Assembly: GCA_051362555.1 (NCBI GenBank)
Contig: CM120640.1
Location: 3,782,001-3,846,000 of the forward strand
DNA from: Lingula anatina
Lineage: Eukaryota > Animalia > Brachiopoda
Reading direction: 5' to 3'
Length of the DNA: 64,000 nucleotides
Shown here: piece after piece, positions 26,201 to 41,134 of the stretch
Numbering within the stretch: position 1 is the first letter of the stretch
Layout of the letters: every line of letters starts with the position of its first letter
Translations under genes and position numbers: made by a program
Notes under the pieces: generated by a model
What the model saw: the letters and a program-made list of their open reading frames with translations, nothing else
What the model was told of the DNA's origin: nothing
Databases searched by the model: none

Positions 26201-29200
26201 GATATTTTAAATACTAGTTCCCAAGCTGGCACTAGGAGAGCAGTGTCCAGATCTCCCTACTGATCTACATCCCTGTGCTGATCTACATGCTAGGTGTACC
26301 AATGGAAGCTGCCAGTGCTCTGATGACTTCTTTCCAAACAATTCTACCTGTGGTATGTATGTATTATATTTCATATAGTTGTCTTGGTTTTCCTAACTGA
26401 TTTTTTATTTTTCAGTCATTTTGGATGATTTGATCATTATTTATTTACCCTCTGTATTATTTCTGTGCTTACCTGTTCAGATCAAAAATGGTTAATTGCA
26501 GTGATTCTTGCAGATTGTAATGATTATATGTAATCAAAGACATCATTAGAGAATATGAAAAATGTAAAAATGTACTTTTTTTCTTTCAGTCCTCAAAGGA
26601 GGGCTGGGTCGCCCCTGTAGAGTTAACGGACAGTGTGATGACAGATTTGCTGAATGTCTCCAGGGAACATGTGTCTGTGTAGAAACACACTTTAAAAAGA
26701 GTGACACATGTGGTACATTTGAATTATATATTTTGAGTTCCAGTCAGACAAGAAAAAGCAATATGGTCTTTTTTCACTTTCTGGTCATTCTTCTAGAAAA
26801 GAATAATGGAAAGGAAGTGTTTGTCAATGTTGTTAGCACAATTAATCTCAAATTTTAAACTGTGAGGTAAACCTGAAACTTTAATGATCAAACTTATGCA
26901 GATGTGAAGCATAAAAAGAACTAGTTGGTGCAATTCTAATTATTTTTACTAATTTAAAATATTTTTTTTTAGATCGTAAGAAGAAGCTGTACAGTGCATG
27001 TGTTGAAGGAGATGTTTGTGATGATGAAAATGCAGAGTGCCAGCAACAGCGGTGTGTATGTAAACAAGATTTCTTCCCAAATGCCCAAGATGTTTGCAGT
27101 AAGTGTCATTATTATTATAATGCAGTAAAATTTTTAATTAATGCTGTGGTTTGTTTGACAGTTTATCAAAATCAATTGCTTTCAGCAGTTTTGGTCTTGA
27201 AAAGAATTACATTTATATGGTCATTACAATTTTAATGCCAAATGTAGTAAAACCACACAACATTTACATACAGTAGATTTGGACATTTTTTTCAAGTTTT
27301 AAATACTTCCTCTGTTTTCTCTGTAGCATCCAATGGACAAGTTTTGACTCCATGTCTGCAAGGAGAACGCTGCCTGGTGACCAACTCTGTATGCGACAGG
27401 GGAGTCTGTATTTGTGACTCTGGGTATTTTGTCAAGAATGCTCTCTGTGGTAGGATGGCAGTTTGTTGTTTTGTCCACATAGGATCAGTCAATTTACAGA
27501 TCTATATGAAATTATGAATAACTGCATAATTAGCAAAAATAAATTAATTAACCAATCTGCCCATTATATAAGTGAAAAACACTTTATTTTTCACATGATT
27601 ATGTAGATTATGAAACCAAATCCTACAAACTTCTTTGTTTAAAAACTATATGTGTCTCACTTGTTTAACTGTTTCTCTTAGATAATTTTTTTTTTACTCT
27701 CCTTTTACTGTTCTCAGTTCCCCATGTATCGTACAACAGCCAGTGTGATCAGGAAGATATATGTGAGGGGGACAACGTGGTCTGTCGGGGGTCAGAGGAC
27801 TCTGACATCAGAATGTGTCAGTGTAGACACAACTATCACAGGCAGGGAGACAGATGTGGTAAGTTAAAGGGTTACTCAAGTTGAGTCACATGCTGTATAA
27901 AGTCAAAAGAGTTTATAAATCCTCAGATTTCCTGGTTTGACTGATTTGAACATTCATGAACAATCTTGATGTACTTTGATAGATGGAATAATTAATATGA
28001 TATTAAACTCATCTTAGAAAATGATAAGAATGGACAGTGTAGAAATTTTATATAAAATTTTTTTGGTCCCGTATTTCTTTTAGTACCCCTGGGTGAGTTG
28101 GGTAGAACATGTCTCCCTGGGGACAGGTGTAGTGACCCCAGTGCTGAGTGTGTTAACAACCAGTGCCAGTGCCAGGGGGACCATTTTGTTAAACATGGGG
28201 TCTGTGGTGAGTGCATGTAGTTAGTGCATATATTATGGGATAGAATATAGAAAACCATTTAGATATATGTATTTTTTACAATAACTTGCAATTTGCTAAT
28301 GTATTGTAATAGAATATAGTATTTCAATTAAAAAAACTAATCACAAATATGATTTTTAATGATGTTGATCTGTGCGGTGCATACATGTATGTATAATGAT
28401 TAAATTATGCCAGCTCATATACTAGTATATTGGTCCCCATTATTTCCATCTGGTTGCCCAGGATCTTCTAAATCACAGAAGAACAACAAGAAATTATATT
28501 TTCTTCACCTTTCAGTCCCCAAGGTGCCCCTGTCATCGACATGTCTGCAAGGAGACCAGTGTCTGGACGGGAATGCAGCGTGTAGAGAGGATGCCTGTAG
28601 ATGTAGAAATGGTTACTATGAACAGGGAGGCAGATGCAGTAAGCACATAATTGATATTTTACATTTTTCCCTACCATATATATTTTTTGTAATTTTTGTC
28701 ACATCTGTTCCTTCCAGTGTAGTTCAAATATGAAATGATAGGCACAGTAACAGTTGCTTTTATTTATTTTTTATCTCAAATGAATATGACTGGTTGAAGA
28801 TATTTTCAATGGGCTGGGTGTGGGAAACGAAGACAGAGTGTAAAACATGTTTATGGCTCACATAAAACGTGGATGGCTCACATACTAACACAGTGTGGAG
28901 TTGTAAAAGGTGATTTCATGTCTCTGAGTGTTCATTTTTTATCCAGAGGCCAAAGGCAAGCTGAACACCCCTTGTGATGATGGAAACTCTTGCAAGGATC
29001 CAAATACTTTTTGTAGCAATGGAATATGCCTCTGTAGTGAAAACTATTATGAAAAACAAAATCTCTGCAGTAAGTAGAAACAAAGTGCTTAGCTTTTGTG
29101 AAGTATGTATAAAAGAAGTTATATATATTTGTCTTGACATTTTTATGCTTTTGTATGGGTCTTGTGTATTAACTTCTAATTTAGTTTATTGATTTGCTCT

Positions 29201-32200
29201 ACTTAAGATGCATGCTTTTTATCTTTACTTCATTTTGTAAAAAAAAAAAAACAATTTTGACTAAAATATTGTCTACAATCTTAGTTCCTAAGAAAACGCT
29301 GGATGCCTTCTGCACTCCTGCTGATAAATGTGAAGACCCTCAAGCTAAATGCAGTGAAGCCACTCGGAGTTGTGAGTGTGAGGAAGGTTTCTCCAAGGAT
29401 CTTCAGCTGGATGCATGTGGTGAGGAAAGGTCCTCAAAGAAGATTAAATTATCTGCTTTTCACATTTTAATTTGCCTGATTTTGAAGTTTGTGATGTTTA
29501 GTGTCCATGTTCATATGAGATAAGGACCCAAATTTACCAAATGATATTTGAGAACTTTGTACTTTTCTAAACTTTGTAACTCAGCAGCTTACACATATTT
29601 TTTCAGTCTCAGTGTCATATGAAGGCGCAGCAGGTGGACGTTGCCTGCCCTCTGGTGGTGAGGACTGTGCAGATGTCAATGCACATTGCACAAGTGTTGG
29701 ACTGTGCCATTGCATTCTGGGATATGTGGCTCATGATGGAAAATGTGGTACGTATGTTTGTTGCGAAATTAAACCAGCAATGAATGTCCATTGTATTTAT
29801 CACCATTTCACTGTTCAAAGCTTTGTCTCTTTGTCTACCATTATTATAAAGTTCAAAATTATTTTAAACAATATGTTAAAAACATTCCAGTGCCCAAGAG
29901 GAGCATAGGTTCCATTTGTAATTCAAGCCTCACCTGCCAGGACAGCAATGCTGAGTGCAGAAATGGTGTTTGTGTCTGCTCAGATATGTTCTTTGAAGAC
30001 AGAGGGAAATGTGGTAAGAGAACTGAACAAGTTGCTATTTGCATAGTTATATTCAAAATGAAGTGTGTATTACAAGTAACAAATGTGATTATGGATCACA
30101 TCATATGTTAGAAATGAAAGCAATATATCTGTTTGTAATGTGTACTTCTGAAGTGAAAAACAAGACCAAATGTGAATTATATCCAGAAACAGCCTACTTT
30201 TAAATCAATTATCTAATCAGCAAAAAGTATTTCCATTTTCATGTTTTTCTTATTTCCAGCTGCCCGTGGCAGACTCCAGAGCCCTTGTTTACCTGGGAGA
30301 GCCTGCTCAGATCAGGACACCACCTGTGTGGAGGGAACATGTGTATGTGAGACAGGGTACAGACAGCATAGGACACAGTGTGGTAAGATACCCTGTATAT
30401 GCACAGTGTGGTATGGGTTCAAAGACTTTCCAGAATATGGTGTATGTTTGTTATAGATATGACCTTATTATTGTACTCTTGCTTACAAATGGATTAAAAA
30501 ATAGTGTAAATGTATATGTTTTCCAGGAAATATTTATTATATGCATTAATTGCCCAATGAATTTAAACAGAACTGATTTTGTAATTCCCAAAACAGTGTT
30601 TTGTTAGTAACAACTTTAAACATGGTTTTGCAAAACTCATCATAAGCAGCCTTAGCTCTTGGCAGACTTTTTGAAATGTTAAACTTAAAGAAATAGAACA
30701 TTGGTATGTATAATTTAAAAAAATTGGAGTAAAATTGGAGTTAAAAAGTTGATAGTATGGTTATTGTAGTTCCAGAGAGAAGTGTGGTAGTCTGTGATAC
30801 CATTGCTCAGTGTCCAGAGCTAGGTACTGTATGTGATGGCGGGGTCTGCAGCTGTCAAGATGGATTCTTTAGGAAACAAGACAGCTGTGGTAGGTAGAAG
30901 TGTGTGAAAGATCAAGTTGGTTTTTTATTTAAAAATGGGAGGATTTTGACAGTCAGTAATAAGGAAAAAAGAGTTTTATAGTTTTGATTACTGCTCATAT
31001 TTTAGAAACTTAATAACTGAAGTGTGTGCTTTTACAGGCCTGAAAAGAATATCCCTATGAAAACTAATTCTTGTCAAAAGGACAAAAATATGAACATTGA
31101 TAACCAACTAACAGCAACTGTCAACATAGATTTGAGACACCTACATACACTTAAATTGCATTTTAGTGTAATTCTTCACAATTCAATCTGAAAAAAATAT
31201 TATGTAAAATAAGTATAAAAAAGGAATACTAGTACATGCTGCATGGTTGAATGACAAGATATTGCATATATTAGAAATGTACTTATTCTGTAGATAATGA
31301 ATATAAAAACTTGATATAATATTATTGTTCTTGCAGTGCCTAAAGTTGCTTTGAATGCAGACTGTGAGGAGGGAGACAGTTGCAGTATTGATGGTGCATC
31401 ATGTCATCAGAACCTGTGTCTCTGTGATGTAACAACTCATTATCTGAAGGCTGGGAAGTGTGGTGAGCAAATGCAGATAATTCCTTACTTTCTCCACAAT
31501 TTACAAATTTATAATGATTTTTTTCCACCTTTTGAATGTTAATGTTGCTGTTTATGAAGATCATGACTTGCTTTTTTTCTGCTATATTAGAGCTAAGGGG
31601 TCTTCTGTCTGGGCCCTGTAGGCAGGATGGAGTATGTTCTGGACCTAACATGGCCTGCTTCAATGGCGTCTGCTTGTGTGCAGATGACGCATTTCACAGC
31701 AATGATGCATGTGGTAAGTACCTCCTTTTTGTTAATAAAAGGTTGAACATTTATTTTATATATTTGTCCAATATTGTCTTTAGTTTGAGAAAGTATTAAT
31801 AAGTACTGTTTTACATGGTTCATGGTAGACCAGATTATTACCATCTTGGAGTCATTATTATTTTTTTTATTTTTTACCTACGTTCCAGTATTGAGGTCCA
31901 ACTTTGGAGAACTGTGTACTTTTGATGAGATGTGTAAGATTGGTTTGGTTTGCTTGGACAATGAATGTACATGTCCTGAGGGGGCCTTGGCAGATAGAGG
32001 GCAGTGTGGTAAGTTATTTTACAAGAGGGGACTGTGGATGAAGGCAACATTTAAAACAATTTTAAAAAGTGAAGTACATTTTTACTTATACATGTAAGCA
32101 AGAAATAGTATATTAGTATAAAATGATATTGTTTGTTTCTATTTCTGTAGTTTTTTTCACAAACATCTTTGCTACATGGTCTTAAAATTTTTTTCAAGTG

Positions 32201-35200
32201 TCAAGCAGTAAACCTGGCCAGGTTGGCTCCTATTGTGTTCAACCAGGACACCAGTGCTTTCAGACTGACACCTATTGTTCAGAGGGAAAGCAGTGTCACT
32301 GCCTTCCAACACATTATCTAAGCAATGGTGTCTGCAGTAAGTATAACCACCATGGTAATTTTAATGGCATGTTGGCAATTATAGTAATTAGCAAAAGAAA
32401 CCCCTCTCAGAATTAGATTTGTCTTTGAATTAAAAATGTTTTTTTTATCTTGCATATGAACTTAATGTTCTTCTCCACCTTTCTCTACAATATATTTCTT
32501 AATTCATCAGTTTTGTTCTGAATTACATTCACTAGTTCCCAAAGCTCAGGTTGGTGAGGGGTGTTCAACGGATGAAGAGTGCATGGACAACCAAGCCAGT
32601 TGCAGGGAAGGTTTCTGCCTATGTAACAGAGGATCTGAACCAAGAGAACACAGATGTGGTAGGTTATTCTCAGGGATTTCATGATTTTTAGTTTTGTTTA
32701 TGCTTAGTTACATTTTTATTCTAAAACATTAGATGTGGACATAGTTTTCATTCCACTCCTCTCGCAATGTACTATTGATAGATACTCTGAGAGATGAGCA
32801 TACCAAAATCTGCATTCACATATATATTCCTTAAGTGATATGGTATTCATAATGAATGAGAGGAAAATGGAAGACTCCATTTTTCCCTATTTTTACAGTG
32901 AATGTCTGTTGAAGGGGGCCATAAGCAATTTTTAGCATTGATATCCTGTCTTTATTTTCTTTTCTAGTGAGCAGAGGTAGTTTTGGTTTGTCATGTCTGG
33001 AGTCTGGTACTTGTGTTGACCTGGGAACTCAGTGTGACAACAACACCTGTGTCTGTGGACCAGAGTTTTATCACAGGAATGGAAAATGTGGTGAGATGTG
33101 CTCAAAATGTAAAATGGTTCTAGCAGTACAAGTGCAATGTAATTACTAAGAATTATTAACTTATTAAAAATAATATTTGCCCAACACATACCTGTACTGA
33201 AATATTTTACAAAATAACACAGAGCGTCATTTAAAATAAGTTCTTCTTTTCAATTTCATATTTGAGTACATTTTTTACAGAGAGGAAGGGTTTTTTGACT
33301 GGTTCACCATGTAAGTTGTTGGACATGGGGTGCAACTCCAACGCCATCTGCAGTGCTGACATCTGCAGGTGTGAGAAACTGTCGTCTGACAGACAGGGCA
33401 AATGTAGTAAGTTGTATTGCTCTGTTAGCATTTTCCCTCTGCAAAGTAAACTATTTTTCAAAGTAAATGGGTTTTAAGAATACTAGTACTCTAGATAAAA
33501 AGTATGTAGAAGTTATTTTTATACTGTCTGGATATGACAAGAAGCAGCATATATAATAAGCACGATTACATTACATTATTTTCTTGGTAAATAAGAATAA
33601 ATGTAGTCTTTATACACAGAAGTGTCTCCATTTTTACTCAAATTTTACACAATTGTTCCAGTTCCCAGAATCCCCCTGGGTTCCCCGTGTAACACCAGCT
33701 CTGACGCCTGCCAGACACAGGACGCACAGTGTTTGGGAAGAGTCTGTAAGTGCAGCAACAGCTTCATGGAACAGAATGGAATCTGTGGTAAGCCAAAATA
33801 TATGCAAGCACCTTGTAAATGTGACTTGAAACTTTTTTTAAAATTTGCTTGGAAAAGTTTATCACCTCCTAGAAAATGTAATTGATAGTAGAAATTCTTT
33901 TATAATATGAAGTAAAACATTACTATATTATTGATAGTGGCTGAGCCAGAGGAGGGACAGTTGGGCCGACTTGACCACATGTGTGCACCTGGTGGTGTTT
34001 GCTATGACCAGCATGCAGTCTGCACTAGAGGGCGCTGTGGTTGCTCTGCTGACTTCTACCAGGATGGGAGGAAGTGCCGTAAGTAGTGTTGCGTCCTGAC
34101 TTCACTTTGAAATTGTGAGTTTTGATGAAGATGAGCATGACATTTGTACTGAGACATGTTTTATCATTTGTTAAAAAAATAATGGTTTCTTATTGCTATT
34201 GTGAATGTTGGTAGAAGACAAGTTTTGCATGGTGGAGGTACATGTATAAGGTCCCTTAAATGTATTAGATGAACGAAATCCTACACAAAACAAAATCATC
34301 TTGTAATTCAATATCTGCTGATCAGTAATTTGGCAGTTGGAAAGGTATTATACAAGCAAAGAATCAACCTGTGTCATTGACATTGTTATATTAATTAAAA
34401 AGTAACACTACATAAAAATATTTTGGTACCCCGTCAGTGAGTAAGGTATCTCTAGGCAGACCATGCGCCAATACTGCAGCCTGTGCCAGTGATAACACAG
34501 TGTGTACAGCAGAGGGCACCTGTCAGTGTGGACCTAGTCACTTTGAACTGGAGGGACAGTGTGGTGAGTTGTCTCTAATATATACTATCAGTACTAGGCA
34601 TCTATTATCTATCTTTTTTAAATTGTAGATATGTAGGCATTGTAGGCCTTTTGATCAGTAAGAATCAATGTATTTTCTTTATTTATTTGCAGTCATTTAT
34701 GTTTACAAAATAGAAGTTTGTTGTTATAAAAAATCTGTGATTTCACAAAATTTTTGTTTGTATAGTATTTCGTGTCAAATTATTAATTTAAATAATTTTA
34801 TATATATTGAATAGTCATAAAAGTATTCCACAGTTGTAAACTTACATTCTCAATTCCTGTGCTACTGATTGAGATTTTTTTCATTTCCTGCTTTTTATCA
34901 TAAAATAATTTATGTATTATTTCAGTTGGTCGTGGTGGCCTAGGAAACCCATGTCTTCCTGGCAGTGGATGTGTAGATAACAGGGCAGTCTGTATACAGG
35001 AATATTGTGTATGTCATCCCTCATTCTATCAAACCAGTAACACATGTGGTAGGTATATTGAATAAGGGCAGATTTTGAACGTCTGTGTTTGATCTGTATG
35101 TGTGCACATCACGAGGAAAGATCTTTGTTGTTGTCAATGTCACCGATTTTGAATTGTCCAATTTTGGAGATGAGGTTGAATTTTTTCATCAGTTTTAGAA

Positions 35201-38200
35201 AATGTCAACTTTTAAATTATTTAAATGATTTTTTGAATGATGTGTTCAGAAGTAAAAACTGATACTCTTATAAATGTTTTCTCACCAAGAGCCAAAGAAG
35301 AGCCTGACAGTTCAGTGTTCCAGACAGGAGGAGTGTCTTCACACCAACACGTTATGTCACAAAGGACAATGTCTGTGTAGAGCTGGCTTTGTCTACATAG
35401 CCATCATAGACAAGTGTAGTAAGTGTTTTAATATGGTACATTGCATTCTCTTTTAAAAGTACCTTTGTACAAATGTATTCACAGTAGAAAATGCAGGAGA
35501 AATTTTGAGTTTTACTGATCTTTTAAAAAACCCTGAATGTCAGTTGCATTAATGTTATGATGGCTGTCAATGTGAATGGGTGTTCTGTATGTTGAAGCTG
35601 GGAAGAAATACATGTTAATAAATGTAGAGAAAATCACTATGTGTACTCTGTTGTACTCTGTAATGTACTGAAGAATTTTGTATATTGTATTGTACGTTCT
35701 ACAATATTAAAATAATATTCCAGTGACTGTGCACCCATAAAAGTGTATGTATTGTATTAAGTTATAAAACTGTACTGATGTAGTGTATCGTCTTGTATTT
35801 GTACTGAAATGTGCTTTCTGATTCTGTGATGTATTGCATGTTCTCGTATGTTTGTCTTCTTTGTAATGTGCTGTATTGTGTTTATATATGTTTATAAAAA
35901 AAAATAATAATAAAAAACACTATGTGAATGTTATTATTTGTCTATTTCAGTTCCTCTGCAAAGACTTGGCTCCAGGTGCTCTACACATGCAGAGTGTGAG
36001 GCAAGAAATGCAGTTTGCGAAAACAGAACATGTGCATGCACTCAAAACCACCTGGAAGTACAAGGAGCATGTGGTACTTGTTTCTGTCCTTCTTGCAATG
36101 ACATAATTCAGTACTAGTTGAATTATAGCGTTTTCTTTTAAGCACTGCATTTGTGAGAACTCAAACAGAAAAATTGACATATTCTTGAAATATTAGGTAG
36201 ATTTGTTCAGAGTGTAATAGAATAAATGTGCATAGAGTAGCATCTGGGCAGTCTTTCTGCAATGTAATAATTTTCACAGCATTTCTTGGTAACCATAAAT
36301 ACAAAGTATTTCAGAATCCCAGTAAATTCATATTTCTTTTATTATTTTTTCCAGAGCCCTTGAAATCACTAAATGAGGAGTGTACAGTAGGTGCCCAGTG
36401 TCGCCCAGCTCACAGTGACTGTCTGGGTGGCAGGTGTGTCTGCACAGAGCGATATGTGGATGCCTTCCTCAATGGCCAATGTGGTAAGTGATCATTGTAA
36501 GAGATTATTTCAAAAACATGCATTAAAACATGCATTTCTTTACTCACAGTTTAGTACAGCTAGACTTGAAGTATATAAGTGCAGCCAGGAAATTTTAGAA
36601 ATTGCTAAAAACTTTCTAGCTGTTCATGTAAGTTATGCTTCATTATTTGGCACATTATTTGTTCTTTCCAGTCCCTGTTAGTACCCTTTTTGTCAGTTGT
36701 TCTACTGATCTCCAGTGTGAGACTCCCAATGCTTTGTGTAGTAATGGAGCATGTAGCTGTAAGCAAGGGTACCTGCCTGAAGGGGACAATTGTGGTATGT
36801 GGTACTATGGTATGTGGTATATGGTATGTGGTATATAAGTACAATAAGAAAGAGAAACCTGCTCTCATTTGTTTGCAAGTATTTTTAATTTTGAAAAAAA
36901 ATCAGTTTTTTTCAAATGATATTGTCCCAAGATTAAAGCATTTAAAGTTGTTAACTGAAAGGCACCTTATAATCTTTACATTGGACTGTATTTTTGTCTA
37001 CTTTCTCACATGAATATTGCATATCTTCTGATCTAGCTTCTGAGGCAGGTTTTAGTGAGCCATGTGAAAGCAGCACCCAGTGTCAGCACCCTCATACTCT
37101 GTGTAGAAATGGCCAGTGTAGATGTAGAGATGACTATGTCTTTGTAGCTGACAGGGAGAGGTGTGGTAAGTACTGCAGAAATATGGTAACTGGTTTATTG
37201 AATATCCACATGCTATGTAAGAAAAATCAGTTAAAGTGCTGACAGAGATCTCTGTTGTAGGTAGTGTAACTGTGGTAAGCTGATGAATTATAGTGATAGC
37301 TTTTCATGGTCAGAATTTACACTATTTTTGGTGGAGAAGAAATGTAGAATGGAGTTCAAGGGTATTTTTCTTGCCTATTTTATTCACCAACATGAGCAGT
37401 TCATTCACTATACAGTCATTGTTTAATAGCAGATCAGCACCTCGCTCTTTGCTGACATGTCATTACTGTCCTCTTTCTCTAGTACCTCTACAACCATTAG
37501 GCCTACCATGTGGAATAGACATAGAGTGCCGTGACCCTCACTCTGTCTGCAGAACTGGTACCTGTCAGTGTCAGAAAGGATTCACTGCACTTCATGGAGT
37601 CTGTGGTTGGTGTTCAAATTTATTGATGTATATTTGAGTGTTTTCATATTCTGTTAAAAGTAATTTGTTTTTTTTTAATGATTCTGTTGTTCTTATAAAC
37701 TGAGAATATACACGTTATGCAAAACAATTACCTACCCTTACTTTATAGAGGAATTTTTCTGATAAGACTTTTTCATTAAACAGTTATTACACATGATATT
37801 TCAGCCAGTCTCTCTGGCCTGTATGGTCAGTGTTCTAGCTCAGCCATGTGTTCTGTGCCTTTCTCAGTGTGTGATGAAGGTGGAGTTTGCAGGTGTACCC
37901 AGGGTTACTATGACAACAGTGGTGTATGTGGTAAGTCTAGGGGTGCATGTGTGTTTGTGTGCATGTGTGCACGCACGCGTGTGAGTGTGTGTTTTAGGGG
38001 TACCATGAATGGTACATTTTGTTATTTAAGTCCTATATTTGAGTTCATAACCCATCATGTCTACTTTATTTGTTCTTTGTTTGTTCTCATAATGTTTCTT
38101 GCTCTGTTTTGATCAGCTCAATGCACAAAAATATTACATATGAATATTTCAGTTTAAATATCTTGTACATGGACATACCTTTCCGTACTTGTTATTATTT

Positions 38201-41092
38201 GTGTTAAATAATTTATAGTCTCTATTACAGTGATGGCTCTCTGTTACATGTGAGATTTAATGTTTATGTCTGTTTTCCTTTAGCTGGGCAACAAGGTCTT
38301 AGAGGATTGTGCAGTTCAAATCAAGGCTGTAGGGTGACTGACTCCATGTGTAATAAACTAGGCGTCTGTCAGTGTAGAGAGGGCTATGCAGAATCTGGAG
38401 AGATTTGTGGTAAGTTACTCTGATGAAAAGTTGTTTTTTATGGTGGCATGATTTAGAAAACACCATCTTCTAATTTTTGGTCTGAATATGGCACCCCCTT
38501 GGGCTGTGGTGCATCTTCAATTTTAATCCTCCTGTTTTCAAATTAGGTTTCATTCTTGACCTCCGTCTGAATTGTAGCACCACACCCTGTTGTGTTTGTC
38601 TTGTAACCCTTTATATTTTATTTGTACCTTCATATAGTCCCCTTGTCTTCCCTTGGTGCTTCCTGTCAAACCAATGCAGAGTGTTCAGAGGCAGGGGGAT
38701 ACTGCAGCAGTGGGACTTGTGTCTGCCTGGCAACAGACTACATCAGCAATGGACTCTGTGGTGAGGAGAAGAAGAAATGTGTTAAAGCCAGTTTTTGAAT
38801 TTTTTGAGATTTTTATTGCAGTATTGCATACTGAAATGTTTTCTTGTCTTTCCTACCTAGAGCCTTATACGTGTTAACATCATACTTATATTCAGATTCT
38901 GCTTTGCACATAAATTATTTAAAAAATTTGATGAACTTTTAGTACCAAAGGCAGGGTTGGGGCAACCATGTGCTGCACCCACAGGCTGCTTGGATGGCAA
39001 GGCTGAATGCAGGGCTGGAATATGTGTGTGTAGACAGGGATACTATGATTCTGATGGCACTCAGTGTGGTAAGTAGACACAGTTCATGTCTAGTTTGGAG
39101 TATGTGTGTGTAGGAATGGATACTATGCTGATGGCACTCAATGTGGTAAGTAGACACAGTTCATGTCTAGTTTGGAGTATGTGTGTGTAGGAATGGATAC
39201 TATGCTGATGGCACTCAGTGTGGTAAGTAGACACAGTTCATGTCTAGTTTGGAGTATGTGTGTGTAGGAATGGATACTATGCTGATGGCACTCAATGTGG
39301 TAAGAAGACACAGTATCCTGAGTTGTTCCATAAATCCAATTAAATCCAAACCTGGTAATCTAAGTTTTGAATGAAATTACCTGGTTGGCCTGGATTCGCC
39401 AAGTCGTAAATTTTTCGTCTCTGGTGTCTTCATTTTGCATGCATCATGATGTGTGTGGTGTGGAAGGATGGAAGGAACATAAAAAATTGTTCTTGGTTGA
39501 AGACAGAAAGACGTTGAATGAGGATATTTTTATCATTTTTGTACTTGAATATGCATCCTCAGTTCCCAAGAAGAGTCTTGGAGATGTCTGTGCCAGGTCA
39601 GAAGAGTGTCAAGGTGACGTCATGACATGCCGTGGGTCCCTGTGTCAGTGTAGAGATGGGTTCTCTCCACAGACTGGAAGATGTGGTGAGTTAAGTCAAA
39701 ACATTTTACAGGTTGATTTTGTGATCAAAGTGTTGTTAACATTGCAGTATATAGGGTTAATTTTGATTTTCTGTAACTTTATATTATATAGAATAAATGT
39801 TGGTTGTCCATTACATGTAAGGATGTACAATATGTACATTTTCTAATTAATTTTAAGAGGATGACAATTTTAACATTTGAATATTTGTCCGGTGAACTTT
39901 TTCATAGAGTTTCAGCCAATTACCTGATGTTGATTTTCCAATTTATATTACTAATATCATATTCAAAATTTGGATAATTGTCAAGTGAATTTGTCTTGTA
40001 ATATCAGCCATTGACCTGATGAATGTTGTTCCCATCCCAGTGCCCGCAGCAGCTGTAGAGTTCCCCTGCAGTGTTGGTGTCCTGTGCAGTGATGTGAACT
40101 CAGAATGTGTACAGGGATCTTGTGTATGTCAGGCTGCTTACCAGACAGTGGAGGACACATGTGGTGGGTATTGTGTGTGTGCGTGTGTGTGTGTGTGTGT
40201 GCGCATGCGTGGGTGCGTGTGTGTGTGCGTGTGTGTGCATGCATGCATGTGAACGCTTGTGTGTGAGGGTGGATGGGCGTGTACGTAGTTTTGTATGTAT
40301 GTAAAGATATGTTAGTTTATATGCATATGGTATGTGCATGCACAGACATGTAAATGAGTGTAAATATGTGTTTGTGTGTCATCTTACCTTCAGTCTTCAC
40401 TTACCTTTACATTTTAAGAAAGAAAATGGTAACAGAAACTTGGTGGCATACACTATATTTCATTCCATTGATAGTAATAATGACTATTGAACGATCCATT
40501 TCCAGAGCCCCTGGGTACTTTGGACAGTGGCTGTCTGTTTGGCTGGGCTTGCAGAGACACCAATGCTGTGTGCAGGAATGACCTCTGCCTCTGCAAAGAT
40601 GGGTACTTCTCTAATAATGGCATTTGTAGTGAGTAACTTTTGTATTAATCTTATATTAGTTGTTTGATGGCATTTGAGAATAGACGATTTCAGATTCATG
40701 CAAAATGTCAATTTGAACTAAGTTTTTGGTAGCAGCCATGACTTATGGTAGAATAATGACACACTAAAGAATTATAAGATGAAAAATAAAAAAGACAAAG
40801 AAACGTTTGGTAAATTTTAAGAAGACTAGTACTGAGATAACAGTGCTTTGTGTATCCCCCTAGGACGTCAGCCAGATGTTGGAGAGCCCTGTAGAACTGG
40901 GGACACCTGTTCTCATGGCCTGGCTGAGTGCAGGAGTGGACAGTGCCAGTGTAGACAAGCTTACTTCAGTATTAACAAGAGCTGTGGTTAGTGAGCATAG
41001 CTAGCTCTCTCTTCTCTCTCTGTCATTCATGTATCCATGCCTCCACACATGTACGTGCATATGCACACACACACACATGCGCACACACACAT

Positions 41093-41134
<42 letters not shown>

